DNA of 64,000 bases from Spirochaetia bacterium (GTDB taxonomy: Bacteria; Spirochaetota; Spirochaetia; SP-2023): positions 1,888,001 to 1,952,000 of the forward strand of contig CBDDCK010000005.1 in the NCBI GenBank assembly GCA_965225855.1, given 5' to 3'. Below are positions 11,768-21,983 of this stretch, piece by piece. Numbering within the stretch: the first letter of the stretch is position 1; each line of letters starts with the position of its first letter. The notes beneath the pieces were generated by a model. It worked only from the letters and a program-made list of their open reading frames with translations. It did no database searches and was not told the origin of the DNA. Position numbers and translations under genes: made by a program.

Positions 11768-12529
11768 TTATTTCCACCAGCATAAAGCCCAAAAATATGG
11801 GTTTAGAAGACTTTTATCTGTAGTTAATGATCTTTTATGGTTGTCGCACTGTGTTTGAGAAAGTGGTTCTTCAAATTTGCCCTCGGTAAATTGAAATGAA
11901 CGATTATCCCATGAATGATTGCAAGCCAACAAACCAGAGCCCTCTAATTTAGCTAAAGCTTCATAGAAGCACCAAAATTTCAAAAACAATTGCCGTGCTG
12001 CTCGCTCATCATATAAAAGCAAAGAGCGGAGTTGTTCCTGTTCACTCGCAGTAAAAAGCATTGTGGCAATACCTAAAATATCGCGTTTCTTTGTCATATC
12101 CTTTTCAATATCAAGCCCTAACTCAAAATCAAAGCTAAGGGCTAAAGCCACACAATTACCCGAATGAGATAAATTAAAATAAGGCAATCTGGCATTAGCA
12201 AAATTGGGGCCAGTAAGAAACGGTTTACCATATTGGTTGATATCGAGCTGCCAACGATTCATCGCAATTTCAGGATTGCACTGGCTCAAGCGATAGCGCA
12301 ACAGAAAACGCCCTGCTACAAAACACAAAGCATCAACCTTGCTGTGGAAGCTCTGGGCACGCTTACATTCCTCTGCTGCTAGGTAAGATACCCAAGAAAC
12401 TCCAAAAGAATCTTCAGAGTGAAAATACTTTAGTATATCGGTATAAGTTGCAAAGTATAATTCTATTAAATTGGCTGCCGCACCCAGAGTATGCGGTAAA
12501 GGCTGGTAGAACAATTCTAATGGAAGCAT
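11768..12529 (-). CDS. 4'-phosphopantetheinyl transferase (Sfp-type)
   Basis: YGKP, FNLSHSG, LGLDIE, FW...EAL.K..G.GL motifs. Confidence 0.88.
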   Translation of the reverse strand: MLPLELFYQPLPHTLGAAANLIELYFATYTDILKYFHSEDSFGVSWVSYLAAEECKRAQSFHSKVDALCFVAGRFLLRYRLSQCNPEIAMNRWQLDINQYGKPFLTGPNFANARLPYFNLSHSGNCVALALSFDFELGLDIEKDMTKKRDILGIATMLFTASEQEQLRSLLLYDERAARQLFLKFWCFYEALAKLEGSGLLACNHSWDNRSFQFTEGKFEEPLSQTQCDNHKRSLTTDKSLLNPYFWALCWWK

Positions 12530-12549
12530 ACCTACAGACTTTATTTAGC

Positions 12550-12993
12550 TTAATTTTGTGAGTCTTGTGTAAAATCATAACCACAAATTTGGCTTACACG
12601 CGCAAAAGAGCAAGGTTTGCCGTTTTCTAAAGCTGCAATATAGACCTTTGCTTTTAAAACTAGCTGTTGTGCACGGTATAACTCTTGCTCACATATTAAG
12701 CGGAACAAACCTTTTTGCGCAAAAGTACTGTGAATGGTAAAAAGCTGTTGTGGCTTTAATGGTTGTAAATACTGTAACTGGATTTCGGCAACAACCAAGT
12801 GAATACCTTGCTGGCTAAGTTTGGGTACACTGAAATATTGCTTTATGGCAGAGTGGCGGGCATGTTCTAAATAATTTTGGTATACAGCATTATTGACCAC
12901 GCCTTGGTAATCACATTCGTAATCACGGACTTCCATTTCTAAAATATGCTTGATCTTGTCCCTTTTTTGCACCCTTTTTGTTTCTTTAACCAT
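12550..12993 (-). CDS. Acyl-CoA thioesterase (YbgC/FadM hot-dog fold)
   Basis: VRDYECDYQGVVNNAVYQNYLEHAR motif. Confidence 0.88.
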   Translation of the reverse strand: MVKETKRVQKRDKIKHILEMEVRDYECDYQGVVNNAVYQNYLEHARHSAIKQYFSVPKLSQQGIHLVVAEIQLQYLQPLKPQQLFTIHSTFAQKGLFRLICEQELYRAQQLVLKAKVYIAALENGKPCSFARVSQICGYDFTQDSQN

Positions 12994-13146
12994 TCCCTAT
13001 ACCTTGGCATTATCCCATTCTTGAGCCAGTACCTTTCCCCACACAGCATAGTGTATACAGCTCTTGCAATTTGTGCAATATAACCTTTGCCTTCCACCTT
13101 TAGCCGTCTAAAGCCTGTAATTGACCAAAGTTTATCTTGTTACAAA

Positions 13147-13364
13147 AACCTCTTGTTATGGATTAAGAAACTCTGTTGTTATGGATTAAGAAACTCTGTT
13201 GTTATGGATTAAGAAACTCTGTTGTTATGGATTAAGAAACTCTTTTATTGGGTATTAAGAAACTCTGTTGTTAGGCATTAAGAAACTCTATTATTGAGCA
13301 TTAAGAAACTCTGTTGTTAGGCATTAAGAAACTCTATTATTGAGCATTAAGAGACTCTCTTAAT
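13147..13364. repeat. 23-bp-period satellite downstream of lipoprotein 1 (9 ATTAAGA(A/G)ACTC anchors)
   Basis: Anchors at 13162, 13185, 13208, 13231, 13254, 13277, 13300, 13323, 13346, exactly 23 apart, with variable tails. Confidence 0.92.
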
Positions 13365-13380
13365 TTTTATGCCAAACAGC

Positions 13381-13416
13381 AAAAGCAGCCTTGATAATAA
13401 AATTTACCAAGGCTGC
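13381..13416 (-). terminator. Intrinsic terminator of lipoprotein 1
   Basis: Minus strand GCAGCCTTG-loop-CAAGGCTGC-TTTT. A related hairpin lies at 62172-62211 after lipoprotein 4. Confidence 0.65.
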
Positions 13417-13463
13417 AATTGGCCATAAGTAAAAGCCAACCAAGCATTGCTTACCGCATTTAC

Positions 13464-16400
13464 TTATGGGCTAAAATCACTGATGGTCAAGTCTTTCGGT
13501 GTATCTAAACCCGCCCAAGTACCAGTGCCAACGCTAAGCTTATCGTCTTGTTTACCAGGCGTATTCATATCAGGCTTGGCGTTAATAGCATTTTTATCGG
13601 CACCGGTAAGGTGAATCCAAATCTTTGTGCCATCGTTTTTAATGCGGTACTTATCTCTGATTATACCATAACCATTGGGCCCAGTGGGTTTGGCATCTGG
13701 AGTATAGGAATCTAAGGGTACGCCAGCTACCGTGATGGTTTGGATTTGGGCTTGGGTAGTACCATATAAGTTAGAACCTTGTAATTCTAAATAACCCAAG
13801 GCAGGTGTGTATTCACTTCTATCGCCTATTGCGGGTGGGTTACCACTAACGGCCAAGTCTTTAGGTGTATTTAAACCCGCCCAAGTACCAGTGCTAGTAA
13901 GCAACCCTTTTTTTAGACTATTGCTATCCATACCTGTCTTGCCATTCAGAGTAGTTTTATGTTGATCGGTAAGGTAAAGCCAAAGCGCTGTGCCATCGCT
14001 TTTCATACGGTACTTACCTTTTGCAAGACTGCTACTATCTGCCCCAGTGGCTGTGCCATCTGCAGTATAGGAACTTAAGGCTATGCCAGCTACCGTGATG
14101 GTTTGGATTTGCGCTTGGGTCGCCCTACCTAAGTGAGTACCTTGCAAGGTTAACAGCGCCGTGCCAACATGGTAGGTTGCACGGGTAATTGCGGGGTCGG
14201 GGTTACCACTAACGGCCAAGTCTTTGGCTGTATCTAAACCCGCCCAAGTACCAGAGCTAGTAAGCAACCCTTTTTTTAGACCATTGCTATCCATACCTGT
14301 CTTGCCATTCAGAGCAGCTTTATGTGGATCGGTAAGGTAAAGCCAAAGCGCTGTGCCAGCGCTATGCATGCGGTACTTACCTTTTGCAAGACCGCGACTA
14401 TCTGGCCCAGTGTCATCGTCATCTGCAGTATAGGAATCTAAAGCTACGCCATCTACCGTGATGGTTTGGATTTGCGCTTGGGTCGCACTACCTAAGAGAA
14501 TACCTTGTAAAGTTAACAGCGCCGTGCCAACATGGTAGCTTGCACTGGTAATTGCGGGGTTTCCACTAACGGTTAAGTCTTTGGCTGTATCTAAACCCGC
14601 CCAAGTACCAGTGCTAGTAAGCAACCCATCTTTTAGACCATTGCTATCCATACCTGTCTTGCCATTCAGAGTAGTTTTATGTCGATCGGTAAGGTAAAGC
14701 CAAATGGCTGTGCCATCGCTTTTAATACGGTACTTACCTTTTGCAAGACTGCTACTATCTGCCCCAGTGGCTGTGGCATCTGCAGTATAGGAATCTAAAG
14801 CTACGCCATCTACCACGATGGTTTGGATTTGCGCTTCTGTAGGACTTAAGTTAGAACCTTGTACAGTTAAGATAGCCGTGCCAACATGGTAGCTTGCACC
14901 GGTAATTGCGGGGTTACCACTAACGGTTAAGTCTTTGGCTGTATTTAAACCCGCCCAACTACCAGTGCCAACGCTAAGCAACCCGACTTTTCTACCATTG
15001 GTATCCATACCTGTCTTGCCATTCAGAGTAGTTTTATGTCGATCGGTAAGGTAAAGCCAAATGGCTGTGCCATCGCTTTTAATACGGTACTTACCTTTTG
15101 CAAGACTGCTACTATCTGCCCCAGTGGCTGTGGCATCTGCAGTATAGGAATCTAAAGCTACGCCATCTACCACGATAGTTTGGATTTGCGCTTCTGTAGG
15201 ACTTAAGTTAGAACCTTGTACAGTTAAGATAGCCGTGCCAACATGGTAGCTTGCACTGGTGATTTCGGGGTGTCCACTAACGGTTAAGTCTTTGGCTGTA
15301 TCTAAACCCGCCCAAGCACCAGTGCTAGTAAGCAACCCGACTTTTCTACCATTGGTATCCATACCTGTCTTGCCATTCAGAGTAGTTTTATGTTGATCGG
15401 TAAGGTAAAGCCAAATGGCTGTGCCATCGCTTTTAATACGGTACTTACCTTTTGCAAGACTGCTACTATCTGCCCCAGTGGCTGTGGTATCTGCAGTATA
15501 GGAACTTAAGGCTACACCATTTGTTCGGCTTCCTACCGTGATGGTTTGGATTTGCGCTTGGGTCGCACTACCTAAGTTAGAACCTTGTACAGTTAAGATA
15601 GCCGTGCCAACATGGTAGCTTGCACCGGTAATTTCGGGGTTTCCACTAACGGTTAAGTCTTTGGCTGTATTTAAACCCGCCCAACTACCAGTGCTAGTAA
15701 GCAACCCATCTTTTAGACCATTGGTATCCATACCTGTCTTGCCATTCAGAGTAGTTTTATGTCGATCGGTAAGGTAAAGCCAAATGGCTGTGCCATCGCT
15801 TTTAATACGGTACTTACCTTTTGCAAGACTGCTACTATCTGCCCCAGTGGCTGTGGTATCTGCAGTATAGGAACTTAAGGCTACACCATTTGTTCGGCTT
15901 CCTACCGTGATGGTTTGGATTTGCGCTTGGGTCGCACTACCTAAGTTAGAACCTTGTACAGTTAAGATAGCCGTGCCAACATGGTAGCTTGCACCGGTAA
16001 TTGCGGGGTCGGGGTTTCCACTAACGGTTAAGTCTTTGGCTGTATCTAAACCCGCCCAAGTACCAGTGCTAGTAAGCAACCCTTTTTTTAGACCATCGCT
16101 ACCCATACCGGGCTTGCCATTCAGAGTAGCTTTATGCTTGTCGGTAAGTTTCAGCCAAAGCTTTGTGCCATCGTTTGCAATACGGTACTTACCTTTTGCA
16201 AGATCGTTACTATTTACCCCAGTGGCATCGTCATCTGCAGTATAGGAACTGAAGGCTAGGCCAGCTACTACGATGGTTTGGATTTGCGCTTCTGTAGGAC
16301 TTAAGTCAGTACCTTGTACGGTTAACAGCGCCGTGCCAACATTGTAGATGGCGTTATTGATAGTCGGCTTAGACGGCCCAGAAGATCGATCATCGTCATC

Positions 16401-16475
16401 GGGTGGTGCGCAGGCCAAGGCCATAAAGGCCAGTAGCAATGCTAATGGCAATAAAAATAGTTTGTGCTTATACAT
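13464..16475 (-). CDS. Modular surface lipoprotein, copy 1: lipoprotein signal + 8 tandem ~120-aa type-A domains
   Basis: GGAGG RBS; MYKHKLFLLPLALLLAFMALA-C lipobox; eight P.IT.A.Y.VGTA.LT.QG...KGKYR...WAGL.T.KDL.VSG repeats with near-identical DNA. Confidence 0.85.
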   Translation of the reverse strand: MYKHKLFLLPLALLLAFMALACAPPDDDDRSSGPSKPTINNAIYNVGTALLTVQGTDLSPTEAQIQTIVVAGLAFSSYTADDDATGVNSNDLAKGKYRIANDGTKLWLKLTDKHKATLNGKPGMGSDGLKKGLLTSTGTWAGLDTAKDLTVSGNPDPAITGASYHVGTAILTVQGSNLGSATQAQIQTITVGSRTNGVALSSYTADTTATGADSSSLAKGKYRIKSDGTAIWLYLTDRHKTTLNGKTGMDTNGLKDGLLTSTGSWAGLNTAKDLTVSGNPEITGASYHVGTAILTVQGSNLGSATQAQIQTITVGSRTNGVALSSYTADTTATGADSSSLAKGKYRIKSDGTAIWLYLTDQHKTTLNGKTGMDTNGRKVGLLTSTGAWAGLDTAKDLTVSGHPEITSASYHVGTAILTVQGSNLSPTEAQIQTIVVDGVALDSYTADATATGADSSSLAKGKYRIKSDGTAIWLYLTDRHKTTLNGKTGMDTNGRKVGLLSVGTGSWAGLNTAKDLTVSGNPAITGASYHVGTAILTVQGSNLSPTEAQIQTIVVDGVALDSYTADATATGADSSSLAKGKYRIKSDGTAIWLYLTDRHKTTLNGKTGMDSNGLKDGLLTSTGTWAGLDTAKDLTVSGNPAITSASYHVGTALLTLQGILLGSATQAQIQTITVDGVALDSYTADDDDTGPDSRGLAKGKYRMHSAGTALWLYLTDPHKAALNGKTGMDSNGLKKGLLTSSGTWAGLDTAKDLAVSGNPDPAITRATYHVGTALLTLQGTHLGRATQAQIQTITVAGIALSSYTADGTATGADSSSLAKGKYRMKSDGTALWLYLTDQHKTTLNGKTGMDSNSLKKGLLTSTGTWAGLNTPKDLAVSGNPPAIGDRSEYTPALGYLELQGSNLYGTTQAQIQTITVAGVPLDSYTPDAKPTGPNGYGIIRDKYRIKNDGTKIWIHLTGADKNAINAKPDMNTPGKQDDKLSVGTGTWAGLDTPKDLTISDFSP

Positions 16476-16544
16476 AAGCAATACCTCCAACAAGGGATAA
16501 AGATTAACCAACCCATACGGGCTAGTATATAGCGGTCCTATATT

Positions 16545-16573
16545 ATTTTGTTGCTAGGGGGGTGTTGCGTCAA
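16545..16573 (-). promoter_or_regulatory. Putative sigma70 promoter of lipoprotein 1 with poly-C spacer
   Basis: TTGACG-caacaC6tagcaa(17 bp)-CAAAAT; same hexamers and spacing as the tRNA-Val promoter at 21786-21814. Confidence 0.55.
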
Positions 16574-16684
16574 GGCCCATACAAGCTTTTTGTAAGCTTT
16601 TTTTATGTTTTTGTGTGTGTTGGCACTTTTTTTGTGTCTTAGTGTTGTAAGGTGGTTAAAATCCATGCCAATCAAAAGGCTTAA

Positions 16685-16935
16685 GGCTATGCGATAGCAA
16701 GCACAACGCCAACCATGCCAACCATTGGGTGGTATGAATATATCCCAGTTGGGGTCATCGGTCCGCAATATATAGCCAGATATTGTGCAAGTCGTCTAAA
16801 ATGCCAGCATTGACGCTGTGGGCTAAGGTGAAAGCATCGGCATACTGGCCCTATTTGAGGTCGTCCCAGTTTTGGCTTTCCACGATGTTGTTGGGTTTTA
16901 GGAAGTCTATGGCCTGCTTATTTTTATGGTTTTTA
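16685..16935 (-). pseudogene. Relic of phage Mu gpF-like (minor head/head morphogenesis) gene
   Basis: QAIDFLKPNNIVESQNWDDLK*GQYADAFTLAHSVNAGILDDLH joined out of frame to LRTDDPNWDIFIPPNGW(HGW)RCAC, resembling MuF N-terminal AFTVA and C-terminal DDP.W...PPNGW.C.C motifs. Confidence 0.65.
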
Positions 16936-17250
16936 GTGCCTTGCTATGATACATCTCTCCGCCTTCGATCAAGGCCTTGATCCAAGGCGGATCAATACCT
17001 TACTCCAATGCGGATCAAGGCCTTGATCGAAGGGGGAAAGCTATATTGCACCAATGCGGAACAAGACCTTGATCCAAGGCGGAACAATACTTTATACCAA
17101 TGCGGAAAGCTATATTGTAGCAAGACAGGCGATGACTTGTAGATTCTCATCGGCAAACCAATTGCCCAATTGCGTTTGTATGGCTATTTCGGCTTGTTGC
17201 TTTGGGGTGGTTGCTTTGGGTTTGTTGGAAAATCCCTAGGTTGCCAATCA

Positions 17251-17293
17251 AAAAAGCTAGTAAGGTTTTTAGTCAAAACCTTACTAGCTTTTT
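17251..17293. terminator. Bidirectional intrinsic terminator downstream of the Fe-siderophore ABC operon
   Basis: AAAAAGCTAGTAAGGTTTT-TAGTC-AAAACCTTACTAGCTTTTT perfect 19-bp inverted repeat. Confidence 0.8.
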
Positions 17294-17528
17294 GAGACTG
17301 TGGCCGTTACCATGATATTTTAAAAGCATATTGTTGCCGACAACCCATATGCCGAAAAACAAAAATTTTTTACCTTTTTATTTTGGAAAGTAAGCCAATT
17401 TGTACCTTCCATTTGTGCCAAAAAATCCCGAGTTATCGCGCCTTATCCCGTTCAGTTATCATGTCCCGTATCACGAGCATAGTAGTCGTATAGTTCCCTA
17501 AAGGATTATTTCTAAATCTTGGTAAATA

Positions 17529-18617
17529 TCAGGCTCTATTGCAAATCATTAGCGCTAGAAAAACGGGCACACCAATAACCGTAAGCACAAGACCGGCAGG
17601 AATTTGTAAAGGCGCTAAGGCTACCCGTCCCAAATAGTCGGCTATGGCCACTAAAAGAGCTCCGGTTAAACCGCTAACAATCATGTGCATACCAACCCCA
17701 CAGCGCACAAAACGGCGAGCCATGTGCGGTGCAATAAGGCCAACAAAGCCCAAAGGCCCTACAGTGCATACCGCAAATGCAGCTAGCGCCGATGATAGGA
17801 AAATTAAAGATAGCCGGACTTTGGACGCATTTAAGCCCAAGCTGATGGCAATTTCATGGCCAAAACGCATTGCACTAATACAACGATAGCCCCAGAATAA
17901 AAACGGTATAATGGCCAAAAATAATAGAGATAGCAATTGAACATCTTGCCAATTGGCCGAATGCATCGAGCCAGATAACCATACCAAAGCCGATTGAACT
18001 TTTTCAATTCGGCCATAAGTCATCATAACGCTAATCAATGCAGAGATTAGCGTTGTAATGCCAATACCAGTAAGTAAAAAACGCATGGTATTTTTATCGC
18101 TGTGCTTAAAACTAAGAAATTGAATAATAAAAGTTATCGTTGCTGCGCCTAAAAATGCTGCAATAGGCGCATAAAAAATACGAATATCAGAAAATACCAC
18201 AAACAAAGAAATTACCGCTAGACTAGCCCCCTGACTCACCCCAACTAACGATGGGTCTGCCAGGGGATTGCCTGTAATACTTTGTAAGATTAAGCCAGAA
18301 ATGCTTAGAAAAAAACCGACATAAATGGCAGTCAGTATCCTTGGAAAACGAAACTCCCAAATAACCGTATGGATAATAGCACTGGGGGGATCGCCAAGTA
18401 GAGTATTGATAATCTGCGATAGGGGAATTGGCAGGGTACCGGTGCCTAGATTGAAAGCAACAATGCCTAGTAAATTTAAAAAGATGACTATGGCTACGGC
18501 CCAGGCTTTAGTATTCCACTGGAACGACACAGCCCCGCCAAAAATACGAACAAAACGGCGAGAAACTATAGGTTGTTGCTTTCGAGATTTGGGAGATATA
18601 AGAAAGGAGTCCATCAT
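17529..18617 (-). CDS. Iron-siderophore ABC permease (FecCD family)
   Basis: RFPRI, LQSITGNPLADPSLVGVSQGA, GPLGFVGLIAPHMAR. Confidence 0.92.
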   Translation of the reverse strand: MMDSFLISPKSRKQQPIVSRRFVRIFGGAVSFQWNTKAWAVAIVIFLNLLGIVAFNLGTGTLPIPLSQIINTLLGDPPSAIIHTVIWEFRFPRILTAIYVGFFLSISGLILQSITGNPLADPSLVGVSQGASLAVISLFVVFSDIRIFYAPIAAFLGAATITFIIQFLSFKHSDKNTMRFLLTGIGITTLISALISVMMTYGRIEKVQSALVWLSGSMHSANWQDVQLLSLLFLAIIPFLFWGYRCISAMRFGHEIAISLGLNASKVRLSLIFLSSALAAFAVCTVGPLGFVGLIAPHMARRFVRCGVGMHMIVSGLTGALLVAIADYLGRVALAPLQIPAGLVLTVIGVPVFLALMICNRA

Positions 18618-18629
18618 TATCAGTCGTTG

Positions 18630-19652
18630 TTAAAGTTTACAATGGCGCACCAGCCAAATGAAGAATGGAGCTCCCAACAATGAAGTAACCAGCCCGGTAG
18701 AAATCTCCAATGGTGCGAGGGCTATACGGGCTACAATATCGACCAATAATAGATAAATCGCCCCGAACAAACAAGAATAAGGTATGATATAGCGATAATC
18801 GGCCCCAACAAATAAACGCACTATATGGGGAATCACTAAGCCGACAAAGCCCATAGGCCCAGCTACCGATACGGCTGCTGCGGTTAGCATGATCACGGCT
18901 AACAGAACAATATTTTTTGCTTTGACTATGTTAATACCTAAACCAATAGCAATATCATCGCCCAGTGCTAAAGCAGTTACTTGTCGGGAAACACCACAGG
19001 CAATAATTAGCCCAATTCCAAACCAGGGCAAACTATAATACAACGCCTGTATATCGGAAGAAGAAATAGAGCCGACTAGCCAGCCACGCAGATGTTCTAA
19101 TGTCCTTTCATCGGTAATGTGGATAAACGTAATCAGTGCGCCTAAGAATGCGGTTACTGCTGCTCCGGCTAATACCAATGTCAAATTTTTGCCAGCGCTG
19201 GGAATATTGCCCGAAGATTGGGAAACTCTTAAAGACAGGGTGGAAATACCCCAAACGACAAAAGCGGTAGTTAAAGCACCAAAAGCCGCCCAAAAAGGGA
19301 TCATCGCATCGGATTGGGATTCAGAAAATGCAACGTAAATTACCACACTAAATGATGCTCCCGTAAGTAGCCCTAAAATAGAAGGTTCTGCCAAAGGGTT
19401 GCGCGTGCTGCCCTGCATCAATGCCCCGGCACAAGCAAGGGCAGCTCCTACCATTAGGGCAATTAAAGCACGGGGCAAACGCAAATCTCGAATGATGACA
19501 TGGGCAAAAATATCTGCGTTGTAGCTAAAAAATGATTCGAACACTTGTTGTAATGGAACAAACTTTGCACCTACCGCTAAATGCAATAAAAAAACCAAAA
19601 TCAATAAGCTCAATAGAATGGGTATGCTAATAATATTTCTTTTTGCGTTCAT
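18630..19652 (-). CDS. Iron-siderophore ABC permease (FecCD family)
   Basis: LRLPRA, MQGSTRNPLAEPSILG, GPMGFVGLVIPHIVR. Start MNAKRN chosen to avoid overlap with the ATPase. Confidence 0.92.
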   Translation of the reverse strand: MNAKRNIISIPILLSLLILVFLLHLAVGAKFVPLQQVFESFFSYNADIFAHVIIRDLRLPRALIALMVGAALACAGALMQGSTRNPLAEPSILGLLTGASFSVVIYVAFSESQSDAMIPFWAAFGALTTAFVVWGISTLSLRVSQSSGNIPSAGKNLTLVLAGAAVTAFLGALITFIHITDERTLEHLRGWLVGSISSSDIQALYYSLPWFGIGLIIACGVSRQVTALALGDDIAIGLGINIVKAKNIVLLAVIMLTAAAVSVAGPMGFVGLVIPHIVRLFVGADYRYIIPYSCLFGAIYLLLVDIVARIALAPLEISTGLVTSLLGAPFFIWLVRHCKL

Positions 19653-19674
19653 CAATACAGAATGGCTTACGAAA

Positions 19675-20466
19675 TTAAGTGGGAATAAGGGGGATGCAAA
19701 CCGGCTTCCTAGTTTGGGGATCCGAGATGATTTGAGCATCTAGGCCAAATACTGTTTTTAGATTTTCTGGGGTAATAGTGGACATGGGAGTACCTGCAGC
19801 AATTAATTGGCCATTTTTCATCATAATCACGGTGTCGGCAAAAGAGGCTGCAATATTTAACTCATGCAAAACCACTAACAAGATACGATTCTGCTCATGG
19901 GCAATTTTTCTAAGTAGCGTCATTACATCTATTTGAACTTTTAGGTCTAAAAAGGTGGTTGGCTCATCGAGGACAATAATATCGGTATCTTGGGCCAGCG
20001 CCATGGCAATCCAAACACGTTGGCGTTGCCCACCCGACAAAGAAGAAACAGACAAATTAGCAAATTCTGCGGTTTCGGTGGCGTGCATAGCCTGTTCTAC
20101 AGCCACGCTATCTTCTGCTGACCATTGCTGCAAGAGGCTTTGGTGTGGAAAGCGCCCATACGAAATCAATTCGTAAACAGTTAAACCTTCCGGAGCGATG
20201 GGCCCTTGGGGCAATAATGCCATTCGTTTGGCTAATTCTTTATTGGGTATGGTATGCACAGACTGCTCATCAATACTTACTTGTCCCCGGCTAAGTTTTA
20301 AAATACGGACAACAGATTTTAATAATGTAGATTTACCGCAGCCGTTGGCACCAATTAGTGCGGTAATCTCTCCGGCTCTGGCAGTAAAGGAAACCCCCTT
20401 TACCACCGGAGTTTTGTCATAAGCGACACATATATCCTGAATATTTAGAGCTTTAATTGTTTGCAT
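19675..20466 (-). CDS. Iron-siderophore ABC ATP-binding protein (FecE/FhuC-like)
   Basis: GANGCGKST, LSGGQRQR, LDEPTTFLD, VLHELN. Confidence 0.93.
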   Translation of the reverse strand: MQTIKALNIQDICVAYDKTPVVKGVSFTARAGEITALIGANGCGKSTLLKSVVRILKLSRGQVSIDEQSVHTIPNKELAKRMALLPQGPIAPEGLTVYELISYGRFPHQSLLQQWSAEDSVAVEQAMHATETAEFANLSVSSLSGGQRQRVWIAMALAQDTDIIVLDEPTTFLDLKVQIDVMTLLRKIAHEQNRILLVVLHELNIAASFADTVIMMKNGQLIAAGTPMSTITPENLKTVFGLDAQIISDPQTRKPVCIPLIPT

Positions 20467-20471
20467 TAGTA

Positions 20472-21512
20472 TTATTTGAGGATACGGCTTTCTACACTGC
20501 TAACTGCATAATGAATAGACATTTCCATCGTGCGGAAAGAAATAGCCCCTATATGTTCCGCTGGCAGATATATTAAGTTGCCGGCTTGGCAGGCCGTAAT
20601 GAAGTTACAAAAATCAGGAAGTGCTTCGCTAAAGCGTCCTTGTGCTTTGGAGGGACTCCCTTCCATAAAGCTATACCCTGCAAAAATAAAGTCAGGGTTA
20701 TCATCGACAATGCGCTCCGAGCTAATATAAGCTCCCCAAGATTGGCCACTATCTTGGTCTGGGTTATTTTCCAGTACATATTTTGTTAGTTCGGAAGGCT
20801 CAAAGCCTAAATCATTTAGAACCAATGTTAGCGGTGCATAGTTGGCAAAAAGTTTAATCTTACCGCGATTTCCCCTAAGGACAGAATATTTAAGACCAGA
20901 TTGGCTTAGTTGTTTTTTTGCTTGAGTAATTTGTTCGTTATAGTCCTTTTGCAATTTTTCAAAAGTGGAGATTCTATCGGAAATGTCGGCCAGTTGTGCG
21001 TATAGTTTTATAGGGTCGATACTGCCGTCAAATAAAGCGGTAGGGGCAATCTTTTCTAGCTTGGGCAATAGCTCTTCTTGAAATTTACGCCCAACAATTA
21101 AATCTGGCTGTAAGGAAGCAATCAACTCCAAATCAATGTTATCATAACCGCCAATATATTGGACTTGGCTATTTTCAAAGTCTTGGTTTAGAACCTCACG
21201 AACGCCCCACATATATTGGTTACCATCCTTGTTTAGCCGCCCATGAGAAGCTATTACAGAGGCATTCATTTCTAAGAGTGGCAGCGTTAAAGTTATATCC
21301 ACTAGCGACACGATACGTTTAGGTTGTTGCGGAACGGTTACATTCCGATTCAGGGCATCTGTGAATATGCGGGTATTGTTGCTAGAGTTTTTAGAATCTT
21401 CTGTTGTAGCAGCATTTATATTATTTTTGCTGTTAGTCTTACCGGGACTACAGGCCAACAATAAAAGTAATACATATAATAGGGCTATAATTTTAGGATA
21501 AGAATGTTTCAT
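20472..21512 (-). CDS. Iron-siderophore ABC substrate-binding lipoprotein
   Basis: LLLA-C lipobox; FTDALNRNVTVPQQPKRIV, ELIASLQPDLI, LEKIAPT; AAGGAGG RBS. Confidence 0.9.
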   Translation of the reverse strand: MKHSYPKIIALLYVLLLLLACSPGKTNSKNNINAATTEDSKNSSNNTRIFTDALNRNVTVPQQPKRIVSLVDITLTLPLLEMNASVIASHGRLNKDGNQYMWGVREVLNQDFENSQVQYIGGYDNIDLELIASLQPDLIVGRKFQEELLPKLEKIAPTALFDGSIDPIKLYAQLADISDRISTFEKLQKDYNEQITQAKKQLSQSGLKYSVLRGNRGKIKLFANYAPLTLVLNDLGFEPSELTKYVLENNPDQDSGQSWGAYISSERIVDDNPDFIFAGYSFMEGSPSKAQGRFSEALPDFCNFITACQAGNLIYLPAEHIGAISFRTMEMSIHYAVSSVESRILK

Positions 21513-21553
21513 TTGTTGCCTCCTTATTGGACAAATACTAGAATAAAAATATT

Positions 21554-21588
21554 AAAATTGATTATCATTATTTTTCAATTTTTGTCAA
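21554..21588 (-). promoter_or_regulatory. Fur box overlapping the promoter of the Fe-siderophore operon
   Basis: Minus strand AATAATGATAATCAATTTT (21554-21572) matches 15/19 of GATAATGATAATCATTATC and overlaps TTGACA-16-GATAAT. Confidence 0.7.
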
Positions 21589-21785
21589 GCTGTATTGGTA
21601 AAAAATTTTCTACACCAATTTTTTAAGATGTTATACTTTATAGAAAATAAAAGCTGGGGGAGGCTATGAAATTATTTGTTTTTTATTTTTGTATGGTTAC
21701 GATTTAACCATACAAAAATAAAAGGGTTGGAAAATTTAGATAGAAATATATTGTTTGGAAAACAAGTATTCTAGGATTAAAGGGA

Positions 21786-21814
21786 TTGACGAAATGGGGT
21801 TTGTTTTACAAAAT
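21786..21814 (+). promoter_or_regulatory. tRNA promoter
   Basis: TTGACG-17 bp-CAAAAT then GC-rich GCACCCC, 17 nt before the tRNA. Confidence 0.65.
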
Positions 21815-21831
21815 GCACCCCGAGCTTTATA

Positions 21832-21905
21832 GGGTGGTTAGCTCAGTTGGTTAGAGTACATGCATGACACGCATGGGGTCGGCGGTTCGAGTCCGCCACT
21901 ACCCA
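21832..21905 (+). tRNA. tRNA-Val(GAC)
   Basis: Acceptor GGGTGGT/ACTACCC; anticodon arm CATGC-ATGACAC-GCATG; GTTCGAGTC; CCA not encoded. Confidence 0.95.
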
Positions 21906-21983
21906 GTTATTATTTTGTATTATTTTGGTAACTTGTATTTTTATTGTCCAATTTCTTGCTTAAGAATCTTGTTTGATTAGCTA

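Larger units (their letters stand above)
16490..17200 (-). repeat. Conserved upstream cassette element, copy 1 (23-mer satellite, MuF relic, promoter)
   Basis: Reverse complement of 44260-44960 and 59400-60145 at high identity. Confidence 0.9.

Noticed and set aside
11768..12993. PPTase + thioesterase as a marker of an NRPS/PKS cluster
   Set aside because: No synthase or carrier-protein genes in the window.
13147..13364. CRISPR array
   Set aside because: The period is only 23 bp, the variable parts are ~10 nt and recur, and no cas genes are present.
16783..17239. Repeated ORFs MCKSSKMPALTLWAK... and MRNKTLIQGG... (also 44152-44818, 59498-60012) as real genes
   Set aside because: They are antisense shadows of the MuF relic and satellites; starts, stops and lengths differ between copies, and there is no RBS.
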